NCBI GenBank assembly: GCA_050084515.1
Contig: CM114271.1
Location: 13,330,001-13,394,000 of the forward strand
DNA length: 64,000 nt
Reading direction: 5' to 3'
DNA from: Blasia pusilla
Lineage: Eukaryota
Part shown: positions 62,830 through 64,000 of the stretch, piece by piece
Layout: each line of letters begins with the position of its first letter
Position numbering within the stretch: position 1 is the first letter of the stretch
Translations under genes and position numbers: made by a program
The notes under the pieces: generated by a model
What the model saw: the letters and a program-made list of their open reading frames with translations, nothing else
Database searches by the model: none
Told to the model about the DNA's origin: nothing

Positions 62830-64000
62830 AGAGTGAGAGAGTGTTTTTATATTTCATTTATGTCCTCATGTTGAGCTTTTAGAGCACCTCTTGTTTAATT
62901 TTTTTAAGAATTATGTCGCTAGAAGCTGCTCTCCTTCATAGCAAAAGATGGATCTGGTTTGATATCAAGTGTAGATTCAAAAATGGAGTTGGCCGCATGA
63001 GCCTTTTTATTTCAATTTTGCATAAGAAAGATCTAAAGGGGTAGGGAGAATTCGTTGCATGTAGATGGACAATCGAGTTGCCTCGATGGGAAGCCCTTAG
63101 TCACGCATGTTTGGGTTTGTTTCCTCATTTTTTTCAAAAGGTTGTGCACAAAGGTATTGCTTCTTTTTTTTGGTTTTAACGTTAACGGATAGCAAAATGA
63201 ATTTGGATAACATCAAAGTGTCGAGAGGGATTGCTTGGATGTAGCATGTGAGTGTGACATCAAGAGTATGTAGGAGTGTGTTGGAGGAGAAAAAAAAGGT
63301 TTAGGTCTTGGGGGGATTTTTAAGTAAGGGCGGCAAGACTAGGGTAAGGGCGGCTAGACTAGGGTTAGGACGGACAATTCTCATAGAGAGCGTAAGGGGA
63401 TGTCATAATTCACTATGAGGGAGGGTCCGCTAGACCGTACGTAAGGAGATATGCCCAACCAAGAGCTCTGTGCAGCGTTGAAGCAAGTTGTAGCGTCAGA
63501 GGGACGTGTGCAAAAGCCTAGAGTGTCGCGACCCTCATAGCTAAACGTGCACCAATGTGGAACATTAGAACTCTAGTGGGCTCACACTAGGATAGAAGCA
63601 TGTTGGAGTCTCTTAGATGAGGCATGAGTTGTAAAAGCGAGATGCAAGCCTTATTGGGTGTCTCAATTGATGATGATTGTAACCTAGCAGAACAAGATCA
63701 AATGTCAAGCAAGACTTGAGAGGAGCTCAAGTCCCACAAGAGTTGGGAGCCAAGGGGATTGTAACCCGACTTGGAACTTGACTAAGCGTTTGGGAGTTCT
63801 CCATGTTGGTGCACATGAGGTGTTGCGGAGGGGGTATACAAGAGTAGAGTGCCCCTCCCATTTGTTAATGGATTCTATTATGGATCCATGTCATCGATCC
63901 CACGTTGTGAGGCATGATGATCGACAGCCGTTGACTGTGGTCAACAAGATTGACATGCCATGGGCAGCCTTTCTCACATTTTTTAGTTTTCCCGCTTCCT
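62830..64000 (+). mobile_element. E4: rearranged family I DNMT-retrotransposon fragment (3' part of A1 at ~62830-63020, DNMT segment at ~63805-64000); runs off the right edge
   Basis: TGTAGATTCAA..TGGAGTT..ATGAGCC..AATTTT matches the end of family I A. HEVLRR..DSIMDPCHRSHVVRHDDRQPLTVVNKIDMPWAAFLTFFSFP aligns with the E1 post-motif-VIII region (DSIL..GQLSQVVRVIDRSPMAVVNRVGHPRMALPTFVSFP). Confidence 0.8.

Overview
Eukaryotic, repeat-rich genomic DNA, most likely from a land plant (bryophyte-like, which is an inference from TE content and gene structure). There is one convincing intact host gene: minus strand, 10 coding exons, 21969-27645, about 500 aa. It encodes a signal peptide, a Venus-flytrap/ANF-receptor-type ligand-binding domain, one transmembrane helix and a short tail. 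Most of the remaining sequence is decayed transposable elements. The main result is a group of Ty3/Gypsy-like retrotransposons (four decayed copies, a separate 3' end, and solo repeats). They carry a C5-cytosine DNA methyltransferase domain right after the protease; the start of an RT-like region follows in one copy, and a PHD finger ends the ORF in another. They have TG...CA ends and 4-bp TSDs, as integrase-type elements do. Two sub-families, however, appear to have split direct repeats (A1-ORFs-B1-AT-A2-B2) with a palindromic CA-AT-TG junction and no obvious tRNA PBS. Also present: 5'-truncated CRE-like (RLE) non-LTR insertions with T-rich tails and TSDs, non-autonomous Helitrons, a MULE transposase remnant, an unrelated solo LTR, microsatellites and tandem duplications. 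All calls come from manual reading and translation; no database searches were run.
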